Part shown: one piece after another, positions 26,958 to 37,000 of the stretch
How positions within the stretch are numbered: the stretch's first letter is position 1
How the letters are laid out: each line of letters opens with the position of its first letter
Assembly (NCBI GenBank): GCA_050732935.1
Contig: JBOHRW010000224.1
Span: 2,220-66,219 of the forward strand
Source of the DNA: Gemmatimonadota bacterium
GTDB lineage: Bacteria; Gemmatimonadota; Gemmatimonadetes; JACCXV01; JAHWKZ01
DNA: 64,000 bases
Reading direction: 5' to 3'
Notes under the pieces: generated by a model
The model's database searches: none
Told to the model about the DNA's origin: nothing
The model's input: only the letters and a program-made list of their open reading frames with translations
Position numbers and translations under genes: made by a program

Positions 26958-28961
26958 TCAGCGCGGGACGCCGGCCGTCAGGACCGGCTCGAGATCGGCC
27001 GGGTCGATGGGTCTGGAGAAGAAGTACCCCTGCGCATACTCGCATTCGATCCCCTGGAGGAACTCCACCTGGGCGAGCGTCTCCGTACCCTCGGCGATGA
27101 CGTCCAGGCGCAGCGTCCGCGCCAGCCCCATGATCGTGCGCACGATCTCCCGGCTCTCCATGTCGTGCTCGATGGTGGCGATGAAGGAGCGGTCGATCTT
27201 GAGAGTGTCCACAGGGAAGCGCTTGAGATAGGCCAGCGAGGAGAAACCCGTCCCGAAATCGTCGATGCTGATGCGCACCCCGGCGTCCTTGAGGCGCGTG
27301 AAGACGGTTTGGGTATGCCGGGCGTCGTCCATGGCCGCGTTCTCGGTGACCTCGAGCCGCAGGGTCTCTGACGAGAGGCCCGTTTCGCTCAGGACCTCGA
27401 GCACGAGGCGGTCGAAGTTCGGCATGGCGAACTGCCGCGCCGAGAAGTTCACGCTCATGCTCATCGCCCGCTCGGGCGGCAGGATACGGTTCCATCGGGC
27501 GAGCTGCTGACAGGCTTCCTCGAGGCCCCACTGCCCCATCGGCAGGATGAGGCCCGTCTCCTCGGCTACCGGGATGAATTCCCCTGGCATGACGAGCTTT
27601 CCGGATCTGGGCCATCGGATGAGGGCTTCGACTCCGGTGATGTCGCCGCTGGGGAGCGAGACGATGGGCTGGTAATGGAGGCGAAACTCCTTGCGCTCGA
27701 TGGCCTGGCGCAGGTCGACCTCGAGTTGCAGTCGTCGCACCGCCTGCTCGTGCATGGTGAGGTCGAAGACCGCGCAGCCGCCCTTCCCCCGACTCCTGGC
27801 CCGGTCGAGCGCGAGATGGGCCGCCCGCAGGTGCTCCTCGGGGATTTCGTCGCCGGGCGAGCTGAGGGAGATCCCGACGCTGGCGCTGACGAGGATCGGA
27901 TGCCCGGCGAGCAGGAAGGGCCGGGCGAGCCGTTCCTGGATCCGGCGCGCCACGCGGACTGCGTCGCTGGCGTCGTGGAGGTTCTCGATCATGATCATGA
28001 ACTCGTCGCCGGCCAGGTGAGCCAGTGGGCCCGAGCTTCCTCCGCCTTCCTCCACCGGCCGGGCGACCGTGTCCTCGCTTCGCAGGCATTCTCTCAAGCG
28101 TTCCCCGATCTCGACGATGAGTCGGTCCCCGAGGGCGTGACCCAGAGTGTCGTTGAGACGTCGAAAGCCATCCACGTCGACGAGAAGGAGCGCGAACCGG
28201 TAGGTGGGATGACGGCGCGCCCGTCCGATGGCCTGCTTGATCAGCTCCAGGATGAACGATCGGTTGGGCAGCGCGGTCAACGGATCGTGGAGCGCGTGGT
28301 AGCGGAGCCGTTCCTCGGCGTCTGCGCGCTCGACGACCCGTCCCAGGAGCGCGCCCACGTAGGTCATCATCTCGAGCCACGTGTCGTCCGCCCGACGCAC
28401 GCGCTCGCCGTAAAACTCGAGGACGCCGACGACCTCCGAGGCGGCCAGCATGGGGAAGGCGAACCCGGCGCTGAGACCGGCCTCCGTCGCCGCCAGGGCG
28501 CGTGGGGAGCCGGTGTGTTCCTGGAGATCGCTCACCCAGACGGGACGGCCCTCGGCTGCAACCCGATCGGGGAGCTCCTTCCCAAGGCGTAGATCCCCGT
28601 TCTCCGTCAGCGCCTGGAAAGCCGCGTAGCGGTCCGGATGGGCGAGGTACCAGACGCCGGTCGGCTCGAGCCGATCGTGCCGGCGAAGCCAGGCGAGTCC
28701 GACCGGACAGCGGGTGAAAGTGCAGATCTCCTCGAGCGCGCGGCCGATCGCTTCTTCGACCGAAGTGGACTCGTTGGCGACCGTCGCCAGCTTCTTCAGG
28801 AGGGCGATCTGGCGCTCCCGGTCGCGCAGCGCCCGCAGACCGAGACGCAGGCTGGACTCGGCTTCCAGACGGCGCCTCCGCTCCCGCTGCAAGCGGTCCC
28901 GAAGGGAGACGCTTTGATGGATGAAAACGTTTTCAGACAAGCTCGTCGACCTCCTCGACAT
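26958..28961 (-). CDS. GAF-GGDEF-EAL c-di-GMP signalling protein
   Basis: ATG 28961; coiled coil, GAF, HDPLTALPNR, degenerate AGDEF, EALIRW and IDDFGTGFSSL. Confidence 0.9.
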   Translation of the reverse strand: MSRRSTSLSENVFIHQSVSLRDRLQRERRRRLEAESSLRLGLRALRDRERQIALLKKLATVANESTSVEEAIGRALEEICTFTRCPVGLAWLRRHDRLEPTGVWYLAHPDRYAAFQALTENGDLRLGKELPDRVAAEGRPVWVSDLQEHTGSPRALAATEAGLSAGFAFPMLAASEVVGVLEFYGERVRRADDTWLEMMTYVGALLGRVVERADAEERLRYHALHDPLTALPNRSFILELIKQAIGRARRHPTYRFALLLVDVDGFRRLNDTLGHALGDRLIVEIGERLRECLRSEDTVARPVEEGGGSSGPLAHLAGDEFMIMIENLHDASDAVRVARRIQERLARPFLLAGHPILVSASVGISLSSPGDEIPEEHLRAAHLALDRARSRGKGGCAVFDLTMHEQAVRRLQLEVDLRQAIERKEFRLHYQPIVSLPSGDITGVEALIRWPRSGKLVMPGEFIPVAEETGLILPMGQWGLEEACQQLARWNRILPPERAMSMSVNFSARQFAMPNFDRLVLEVLSETGLSSETLRLEVTENAAMDDARHTQTVFTRLKDAGVRISIDDFGTGFSSLAYLKRFPVDTLKIDRSFIATIEHDMESREIVRTIMGLARTLRLDVIAEGTETLAQVEFLQGIECEYAQGYFFSRPIDPADLEPVLTAGVPR

Positions 28962-29037
28962 GGGAACCGCGAGGTGAACTGCGGCAAGAACCAAGCCCCG
29001 CGCGCCCGCTTGGGGGGTCGGCGCGCGAACTCCCGTG

Positions 29038-30012
29038 TCAGCCGGATCGGACGGGCTCGTCCAGCCCCTCGAGGGCGCGGAGCCAGTTGCCGCCGAGGAT
29101 CGCCTCCAGGTCGTTCCCTTCGTATCCGCGTCGCTCCAGCTCGGCCGCGATGAGGGGGAAGTCCTGCGCGCCTCGGAAGCCTTCCGGCAGTGACGGGATT
29201 CCGTCGAGGTCCGAGCCGAGCGCGATGTGCGGGAGACCGGCCACCTGGACCGCCCGGTCGATGTGATCGACGACGACCGTCCAGTCGCAGGTCCGGGCAT
29301 CGGGTGCGAGGTAAGGTGGGAAGAAGTTGATCCCCGCCAGACCGCCCTTCTCGGCCAGGCCGCGGAGCTGATCATCGGAGAGGTTCCGCGGATGCGGGCC
29401 ACCGGCCTCGGTCGCCGAGTGGCTCACGACCGGTGGTCGGGCGGAGCGATCGAGGACCTCCCAGAAGGTCTCGGGGGAGGCGTGGGCGAGGTCCACCAGG
29501 ACGCCCGCGCGATCGAGCTCGTCGACGAGGTGTTTCCCGAGCTCCGAGAGCCCACCGTGGAGCCGTTCGGCTCCGGCGGCGTCGGCGAAGGCGTTGCTGT
29601 TCATCCAGGTCAGGGTCAGGTAGCGCGCCCCGAGCGAGTGGAGGCGGATCACGTTGCCGAGATCGTCGTCCAGCGCCTGCGCGTTCTCGACGCCGGCGAG
29701 CAGGGCGGTTCGTCCCTCGGCGACGGCGCGTCGCAGTTCGTTCGCGGTCGTGACGTACCGGGCGCGGTCGGGGTGGGCCTCGGCGGTCCCCCGGATCGCC
29801 GCGAGAAGCCGCTCCGCCCGGGGCAGGCGGCGCCCAAAGGGGATCGTGGGATCGATCCACGCGGCCATGAAGACCGCGTCCACTCGTCCTTCCCGCAGAC
29901 GGACCAGGTCGACGTGACCCTCGTCCAATCGCGCGCCGATGTCGACGCCGTCGTCGACGATCCGGAGCGGCGTGTCCATGTGGCCATCGATGAGGAGAAA
30001 AGCGCCGTACAC
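29038..30012 (-). CDS. Membrane dipeptidase (M19 family)
   Basis: IDGHMD, YLTLTW, VDLAH, VVSHS and LGSDLDG. Confidence 0.9.
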   Translation of the reverse strand: MYGAFLLIDGHMDTPLRIVDDGVDIGARLDEGHVDLVRLREGRVDAVFMAAWIDPTIPFGRRLPRAERLLAAIRGTAEAHPDRARYVTTANELRRAVAEGRTALLAGVENAQALDDDLGNVIRLHSLGARYLTLTWMNSNAFADAAGAERLHGGLSELGKHLVDELDRAGVLVDLAHASPETFWEVLDRSARPPVVSHSATEAGGPHPRNLSDDQLRGLAEKGGLAGINFFPPYLAPDARTCDWTVVVDHIDRAVQVAGLPHIALGSDLDGIPSLPEGFRGAQDFPLIAAELERRGYEGNDLEAILGGNWLRALEGLDEPVRSG

Positions 30013-30239
30013 TGGAGGAATATCGTCCTTTGTAAGCCCGCAGACAGTTGGTGCCGATTGGACGATTCAATCTCATTGGTCGACGCTCGACGACGAGCTG
30101 AGGCAGGAACTTTCCAGGCGTGATAGCCGCTGGCGCAGCGACCCGCTGGAGCGAAACCCGGTCGAGCCCGAGTCCGTTTGAACTTCTGACAGCCCGCTCT
30201 CGTTGATTGACGAAACCGGGGGTGTTTTCGGTCCTTGGA

Positions 30240-30269
30240 TTGACACCCTACTATTAGGACTCTTATAAT
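30240..30269 (+). promoter_or_regulatory. Consensus sigma70 promoter of the marR-efflux operon, with a palindrome in the spacer
   Basis: TTGACA-18 nt-TATAAT; CCTA-ctat-TAGG inverted repeat at 30247-30258. Confidence 0.8.
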
Positions 30270-30279
30270 TAGCCGCCCT

Positions 30280-30777
30280 ATGAAAAAGCGAGAGAACGCC
30301 GTCGGACCCGCCGACGAGTGCCAGACCATCGGGCAATACCGGGATGGCCGGCTTGGTCCCTCGATCCTCTGCCTCGCCCGCCTCGTTGAGCGCCGGCTCA
30401 TGCACTCGCTCGCCCGAGCCGGGCTGGGGCTCACGCCGGCACAGGCGCGGATCCTGGTCACGCTCCACTTCAACGGCCCGCTCAGCCAGCAGGAGCTGGC
30501 GTCGCGCCTCGACGTGGAGCCCTCGACGATCGTCGGCACCCTGGACGTCCTGGAGCGCGACGGCCTTGCCCGGCGCGAGCCGAATCCCAGCGACCGTCGC
30601 GCACACGTCGTTCACATGACGGAGGCCGGCGAGACGCTGCTGCCGTCCCTCTTCGGGCTGTTGGACGTCGTGGATACGGAACTCGTGGAATGGCTTCCCG
30701 AGCGTGAGCGCTCCCGCCTCCAGGGATCGCTGAGCCGCCTGATCGAACGCCTCTCCGCGCGGGAGGAGGCATGTTGA
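30280..30777 (+). CDS. MarR family transcriptional regulator
   Basis: GLTPAQARIL, SQQELA and LERDGLARREPNPSDRRAHVVHMTEAG. Confidence 0.93.
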   Translation: MKKRENAVGPADECQTIGQYRDGRLGPSILCLARLVERRLMHSLARAGLGLTPAQARILVTLHFNGPLSQQELASRLDVEPSTIVGTLDVLERDGLARREPNPSDRRAHVVHMTEAGETLLPSLFGLLDVVDTELVEWLPERERSRLQGSLSRLIERLSAREEAC

Positions 30778-30794
30778 CCGGTTCACGGCGGCCG

Positions 30795-30828
30795 AAAAAA
30801 AGGCGGCCCGCCGATCGGTCGGGCCGCC
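30795..30828 (-). terminator. Intrinsic terminator on the minus strand
   Basis: 9-bp stem GGCGGCCCG/CGGGCCGCC followed by T7 when read on the minus strand. Confidence 0.7.
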
Positions 30829-30837
30829 CGGATGCGG

Positions 30838-30945
30838 CCCCTGCCGGGTCAAACAGGAGCCGCGTGGTTGATCCCCGAAAGGGGGGCTTCCAGGGATCGG
30901 GCCAGGCTGTGGACTGCGCGTCGGCGGCAGGGCTGCCGGCGACGC
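30838..30945 (-). ncRNA. Candidate structured small RNA, family unassigned
   Basis: Closing stem CCCTGCCG/CGGCAGGG, inner CCCC-GAAA-GGGG and an alternative hairpin at 30918-30945; lies just upstream of the minus-strand terminator. Confidence 0.35.
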
Positions 30946-31007
30946 CCCTGGCATTCATCAAAAGAGACGAAGCGGCGATACGGTTTATTCAACCAGATGG
31001 GCCAACG

Positions 31008-32348
31008 ATGAACGATCGAATCCGAAGCACGACATTCGCGGCGATCCTCCTGATGTCGGCCGCGGGAAGCGCCGCTGCGCAGGATCTCTCACCGGACACG
31101 GCAGCGCCCGTCCGTCTGACGGTGGAGGAGGCGGTGGGACGGGCGCTGGCGGAGAACGAGCAGACCCGGATCGCGCGGGCGGCGGTCGACCGCACGCGGG
31201 GCGTCGTCCGCGAGGCCTTCGCGTCCGCCCTCCCGACGGTCGACGGCACCTACAGCTTGGCGCGGAACCTCCAGCGCCCGGTCATCTTCTTCAACCAGGG
31301 CGGCGAAACGCAGCAGATCTCGATCGGCGAGGACAACGAGCATGCCTTCGGGCTCTCGATCGAGCAGACGCTCTTCGATCGCCGGCTGGGGGCCGCGGTC
31401 TCGGCCGCCCGGCACGGGAGGGCGGCCAGCGAGGCGCAGTACGAGAGGGCGCTCGCCGACGTCGCGCTGGAGACCAAGGAGGACTACTACGCCGTCCTTC
31501 TCGCCGAGGCGGCGGTCGAGGTGCGCGAGGGGGCGGTGCAATTGGCGACCGACAGGGTGGAGCAGGTGCGGCTGTTTCGCGACGTGGGTACGGCATCGGA
31601 CTTCGAGGTCCTCACGGCCGAGGTGGATCTCGAGAACCTGCGTCCGGACCTGATTCAGGCCCGCAACGACCTGCGCCTGGCGGAAAACGGTCTCGAACGC
31701 ACCATCGGCCTTCCCCTGGACGAAGAGGTCGTGCTCGTCGACACGCTGGCGTTCGTCCCGATGACGATCGCGCTCGAGACGGCCCGGGCCCGCGCGCTCG
31801 CGGCGCGCGCCGATCTCGAAGCCCAGGCCCAGACGGTCGAGCTGAGAGAAGAGCTCGTGAACGTCGAGCGCGCCGAGGCCTTTCCCACGCTGAGCCTGAC
31901 CCTCGACGTCTCCCGGCGTTCCTCGTCCGAGGCCTTCGTCCCCGAGGAGCGCGACTTCAGCCAGTCGGCGGTCGCCGCCCTGGCCGTCGACATCCCCATC
32001 TTCGACGGGCGCCGGACCGAGGGTCGGGCGCTCCAGGCCCGGGCGGACTACGTCGAGGCGCAGGAGCGCTACCGGGCCCTCGAGCGGGACGTGCAGCTTC
32101 AGGTGCAGGATGCCTGGCAGACGGTCGAGGCCGCCGCCCAGACCGTGGAGGCCACGCGGGCGACCGGGGGGCGGGCGAACCGCGCGTACGAGATCGCCCG
32201 GGTGCGCTTCCGGGAGGGGCTCTCGACCCAGCTCGAGCTGGACGAGGCCGAGCAGGCGGTCACCGAGGCGCGCCTCAACGCCGCGCAGGCGCTACACGAC
32301 CACCTGGTCGCGGTCGCGCGTCTGCTGAGCGCGATGGGGGACCGGTGA
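31008..32348 (+). CDS. TolC family outer-membrane efflux protein
   Basis: Signal peptide from ATG 31008; EEAVGRALAEN, IPIFDGRR and RFREGLSTQLEL; two OEP repeats. Confidence 0.92.
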   Translation: MNDRIRSTTFAAILLMSAAGSAAAQDLSPDTAAPVRLTVEEAVGRALAENEQTRIARAAVDRTRGVVREAFASALPTVDGTYSLARNLQRPVIFFNQGGETQQISIGEDNEHAFGLSIEQTLFDRRLGAAVSAARHGRAASEAQYERALADVALETKEDYYAVLLAEAAVEVREGAVQLATDRVEQVRLFRDVGTASDFEVLTAEVDLENLRPDLIQARNDLRLAENGLERTIGLPLDEEVVLVDTLAFVPMTIALETARARALAARADLEAQAQTVELREELVNVERAEAFPTLSLTLDVSRRSSSEAFVPEERDFSQSAVAALAVDIPIFDGRRTEGRALQARADYVEAQERYRALERDVQLQVQDAWQTVEAAAQTVEATRATGGRANRAYEIARVRFREGLSTQLELDEAEQAVTEARLNAAQALHDHLVAVARLLSAMGDR

Positions 32349-32977
32349 GACTCGCCGCGGCGGGCCTGCTGATCGGCACCCTCCTCGCGCCGGCCTTCCT
32401 GCGCGCGCAGGCGGACACGGGGACCGTGCCGCCGCCCCCGCCGCCCGGCGGGATCACCTCTACCGAGCCCGGCTACGCGCTGGGATTCGGCGTCGGGAGG
32501 CTGACGTGGGACGACGACGCGCCGTACGGTGGACTCACCGTCGCGAGCGTCGGCATCGAGAGACGGCTATGGCAAGGAATCCGGGGGAGGGCGCGCATCG
32601 GGCTGGGCGAGACCGAGCTTCAGGGTGACGTGGTGACCGACGTCACGGTCGTCCTGCTCGATCTCGACCTGCTCGTCGCGCCGGCCTTCGGGCCGCTCCG
32701 GGACTGGCCGGTCCTGCCGTATGTCGTGGGCGGGCTGGGGGCGGTCGTCACCAACCCCGCGGAGGAAGCCGGGGCCGAGCTGGGCACGGAGAGCCAGTCC
32801 CAGTGGACGCTGGGCGGCGGCGTTCGCGCGCGGCCCTTCCGCCGCCTGGAGCTCGAGTTCGAAGGGACGAGGAACGGCGTTCGGCTCCTCGATCCCCTGG
32901 ATCCCGAGAACCCGAACCGCGAATCCGAGACGATCCATAATTTGCGATGGGAAGGACGAGTGAGTTGGATCTTTTGA
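32345..32977 (+). CDS. Outer-membrane beta-barrel protein
   Basis: Signal peptide, alternating beta-strands, PYVVGGLG, terminal W-I-F. Confidence 0.75.
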   Translation: MRLAAAGLLIGTLLAPAFLRAQADTGTVPPPPPPGGITSTEPGYALGFGVGRLTWDDDAPYGGLTVASVGIERRLWQGIRGRARIGLGETELQGDVVTDVTVVLLDLDLLVAPAFGPLRDWPVLPYVVGGLGAVVTNPAEEAGAELGTESQSQWTLGGGVRARPFRRLELEFEGTRNGVRLLDPLDPENPNRESETIHNLRWEGRVSWIF

Positions 32978-34071
32978 AGAGAACCCTGTGGCCGCTGGCG
33001 GCCGGGCTCGCCCTGACCGCGTGCGGCGGAGAAGCCGAGGGGGGCGGTCCGCAGGCCGCCGTGGTGGATACCGTGCACGTCCGCAGCCAGGACGTCCCCA
33101 ACATCGTGACCGCCGTGGGCACCGTCGAGGCGGATCATCAGACCGAGGTGATGGCCGAGGTGAGCGGCCAGGTCGTGGCCATCCTGCGCGACGAGGGAAG
33201 CTCCGTCGCGGCCGGGACGCCCATCATCCAGATCGACCCGGACGAGTATCGCAACGAGGCGCAGTCCGCGGCGGCCGAGCTGGCGCGCGCCCAGGCCCAG
33301 CTCGAGGCCGACTCGAAGCAGCTCGAGCGCTTCGAGAAGCTGCTCGAGGCCGGCGCGGTCGACCAGGCGACCTACGACGACCTGGTGGCGCGCGTCGAGA
33401 GCGGAAAGGCCGCCGTCGAGCAGGCGCGGGCGGCGCTCGGCACGGCGCGGCTGGATCTCGGAAAGTCGACCGTCCGCGCCCCGTTCGCCGGAACCGTGGG
33501 CACTCGCCACGTCGAGCTCGGCGAGTACGTGAGCGGTGGCGGAGAAGGGAACGCGCTCTTCGACCTGGTCGACGACGAGCCGCTCAAGGTCCGCTTCAGC
33601 GTCCCCGAGCTGTACGCGAACGACATCGAGACCGGGGACGAGATCACCTTCCGGGTGCGGACGGACACGGTCGAGGGACGACAGGCCCAGGTGGACTACG
33701 TGAGCCCTCGGATCGATCCCGAGACCAGGACCCTCGAGGTGACCGCGGTCTACACGAACCCCGACGACGCGGTCCGCCCGGGCGCCTACGCCGATGTCCG
33801 GGTGACCACGTCCGTGCTGGAGGACGCCGCCATCGTTCCCGAGGTCGCCCTGTATACCGAGGGCACCGATAACTACGTCTACGTCGTCCGGGACTCGACC
33901 GCCGAGCGACGGGCGGTCGAGCTGGGGCCGCGCGTCGACGGCCGGGTGGTCGTCCTGAGCGGGGTCCGGCCCGGCGAGGCCGTGATCACCGCCGGCCACA
34001 CCGGCCTCCAGGACGGCGCCCTCGTGCGGGTCGTGCCGCGCGAGGAGCGGGAGCTGAGAAGGGAGAGCTGA
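32974..34071 (+). CDS. RND efflux periplasmic adaptor (MFP)
   Basis: TTG start; lipobox LTAC; AEVSGQV, VRAPFAGTV and IDPETRT. Confidence 0.93.
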   Translation: MKRTLWPLAAGLALTACGGEAEGGGPQAAVVDTVHVRSQDVPNIVTAVGTVEADHQTEVMAEVSGQVVAILRDEGSSVAAGTPIIQIDPDEYRNEAQSAAAELARAQAQLEADSKQLERFEKLLEAGAVDQATYDDLVARVESGKAAVEQARAALGTARLDLGKSTVRAPFAGTVGTRHVELGEYVSGGGEGNALFDLVDDEPLKVRFSVPELYANDIETGDEITFRVRTDTVEGRQAQVDYVSPRIDPETRTLEVTAVYTNPDDAVRPGAYADVRVTTSVLEDAAIVPEVALYTEGTDNYVYVVRDSTAERRAVELGPRVDGRVVVLSGVRPGEAVITAGHTGLQDGALVRVVPREERELRRES

Positions 34072-34073
34072 CG

Positions 34074-37000
34074 ATGCAGGCCTCCGATACCGCCATCCGG
34101 CGTCCGATCTTCACCATCATGCTGATGACCGCCCTCGTCCTGTTCGGGATCCTGGGCTACCGGGCGCTCGGGATCAACCAGTTCCCCGACGTCGACTTCC
34201 CGACCGTCACGGTGACAACCGTGCTCCCCGGGGCGAGCCCGGAGGTAGTCGAGTCGGCGGTCACCGACGTGATCGAGAACGAGCTCAGCGCGATCGAGGG
34301 GATCAAGCACATTACCTCGACCTCGCGGCTGGGGGTTTCGAACATCACCGTCGAGTTCGAGCTCGACCGCAACATCGACATCGCGGCCCAGGACGTCCGG
34401 GCCAAGGTGAGCGTGGCCGAGGCGGACCTGCCGCGGGACACCGAGCCACCGTCGGTCTCCAAGCTCGACATCAGCGCCCAGCCCATCATGTGGGTCGCCA
34501 TCACCGGCCCCGATCCGCAGTCGATCGGCGAGTTCGCCCGCTGGACCCTCCGGCCCCGGCTCCAGACCGTCGAGGGAGTGGGAAACATCCTGCTCGGCGG
34601 CTACCGCGAGCGGGAGGTCCGGATCTGGGTCGACCGCGACAAGCTGGAGGGCTACGACCTGACGGCCGGCGAGCTGGTGGCCGCCCTCCAGCAGCAGAAC
34701 GTTGAGGTCCCCGGCGGAAACCTCGAGTCGGGAGCGCGCGAGACGCTCGTCAAGATCCAGGGCGAGGTACCGACGGTCGATGAGTTCGCCGGCCTGATCG
34801 TGGCCTACCGGGACGGCGCCCCGGTCCGCGTGGGCGACGTGGCGCGGGTGGAAGACGGGCTCGAGCCGTCCCTGGGCGCGGCCCGCTACAACCGGCAGAC
34901 CACGCTCGGGCTCGGCATCGCGCCCCGGTCGGGCGCCAATGCGGTGGCGGTCGCCAGCGCCGTGCGCGAGCGGCTCGAGGAGCTGGAGCCCAGCTTCCCC
35001 GAGAGCATGCAGTATCACATGGCCTTCGACGGCTCGGAGACGATCGAGCGCTCGATCGCCGACGCCCAGTTCGAGCTCCTCTACGGCGCCTTCTTCGCCA
35101 TGGTCGTGGTGCTCCTGTTCCTGCGATCCTGGCGCTCGACGATCATCATCGGGCTCGCGATCCCGACGTCGCTGATCGGCACGTTCGGCTTCATGGAGCT
35201 GTTCGGCTTCACCCTGAACACGTTCACCGTGCTGGCGCTCGCGCTGGCGGTGGGGATCGTAATCGACGACGCCATCGTCGTGCTGGAGAATATCTATCGC
35301 CACATGGAGGAGGGGACGCCGCCCGAGGAGGCGGCCTCGATCGGCACCGACGAGATCGCGCTGGCGGTGGCGGCGACGACCTTCTCCCTGGCGGCCGTGT
35401 TCCTGCCCGTGGCCTTCATGGAGGGAATCGTCGGCCGCTTTCTGTTCGAGTTCGGCGTCACGGTGGCGGTGGCCATCATCCTGTCGCTGGTCGTGGCGCT
35501 GACGCTGACCCCGATGCTCTGCTCGCGCCTCCTGCACCACGAGGAGCGGCGCCGGAACGTCGTCTTCAAGAAGATCGGCGAGGCGCTGGACTGGACGGAT
35601 GCCCGTTACAGGCAGGGGCTCGACTGGGTGATGGGCCACCGCTGGACGACGATCGGCATCGCGGCCCTGGCGACGGTAGTGGGCGGCGTTCTGTTCTTCT
35701 TCCTGCCCAAGGAGCTCCAGCCGGAGGTGGACGAGTCGGGCTTCATCATCGCGTCGGAGACCTCCGTCGCGAGCTCGATCGAGTACACCGACCAGAAGCA
35801 GAAGGAGCTCGAGGACGTGGTGGCCACGATCCCCGAGGTGGAGGGCTTCTTCTCGGCGATCGGCCTGTGGGGCGGGTCCAACCAGGGGTTCATGTTCGTG
35901 GCCCTGACCGAGCCCGGCGAGCGCGATCGTGCACAGCACGAGATCATGGACGAGCTCCGAGGCCGCCTGAACGCGGTGCCGGGGATTCGCGCGTTCGTCT
36001 CGACCTTCGGCAGCGCGTTCACCGGCGGTGGCGGCTCGGAGCCCTTCCAGTGGGTCATCCAGGGGCCCGACCTGACCCTGCTGAACCAGTACGCGGAGAC
36101 CCTGATGGCGCGGCTGGGCGAAGAGGTTCCCGGTCTGGTCGACATGCGTACCGACATGCGGCTCCAGAAGCCCGAAGTGCGGGTCGAGATCGACCGCGAC
36201 AAGGCCTCGGCCATGGGGATCGACGTGGACCAGATCGCCAACACCATCAACGTCCTGATCGGGCGGGAAGAGGCCACCATCTACAAGGAGGGCGGTCACC
36301 GCTACGATGTGCGGGTGGGAGTCGAGGACGCGCAGCGGAACCAGCCTGCCGACATCGGCCTCCTCTCCACGCGCACCGCGAGCGGGGAGCTCGTGCGGCT
36401 GGGAAACATCGTCCGGCTGCAGGAGGACACGGGGATCAACGTCATCAACCGGCGCGACCGCCAGCGGGCGATCACGGTGGTGGGGAACCTCGCTGAGGGA
36501 GCGTCCCTGGGCGAGGCGGTGGAGGCGGCCGGCCGGATCTCGCAGGAGATTCTTCCCGACGGCTACACGACGGCGGTGACCGGCGCCTCGGAGACGTTCC
36601 AGGAGACGCTTTCGTCGATGCTGTTCGCGCTGCTGCTCGCGGCCGTGATCACCTACATGCTGCTGGCGAGCCAGTTCGAGTCGATGATCCATCCGTTCAC
36701 GATCATGATGGCGGTGCCGCTGGCGGGGATCGGCGCGCTGGGCCTGCTGCTCCTGACCGGGCAGTCGGTCAACCTGTACTCGTTCATCGGGCTGATCCTG
36801 CTGATCGGTCTGGTGGTCAAGAACTCGATCCTGCTTGTCGACTACACCAACCAGCTCCGCCGGCGGGGTGTGGAGCGCGACGAGGCGATCAAGCAGGCGG
36901 GTCCGGTGCGCCTCCGGCCGATCCTGATGACCACGCTGACCGTGATCTTCGGCGTCCTGCCGATCGCGCTGGGCCTCTCCGAGGGCGCGGAGCTCAGGCA

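Noticed and set aside
30838-30945. Assignment as SRP RNA, 6S RNA or c-di-GMP riboswitch
   Set aside because: Lacks the SRP CAGG..GGAA..AGCAG motif and the GEMM GACGCAAAG core, and is too short for 6S; kept only as an unassigned candidate.
30771-31007. 79-codon N-terminal extension of TolC from the ATG overlapping the marR stop
   Set aside because: It would place the signal peptide internally, and the region contains a terminator-like and structured non-coding sequence.
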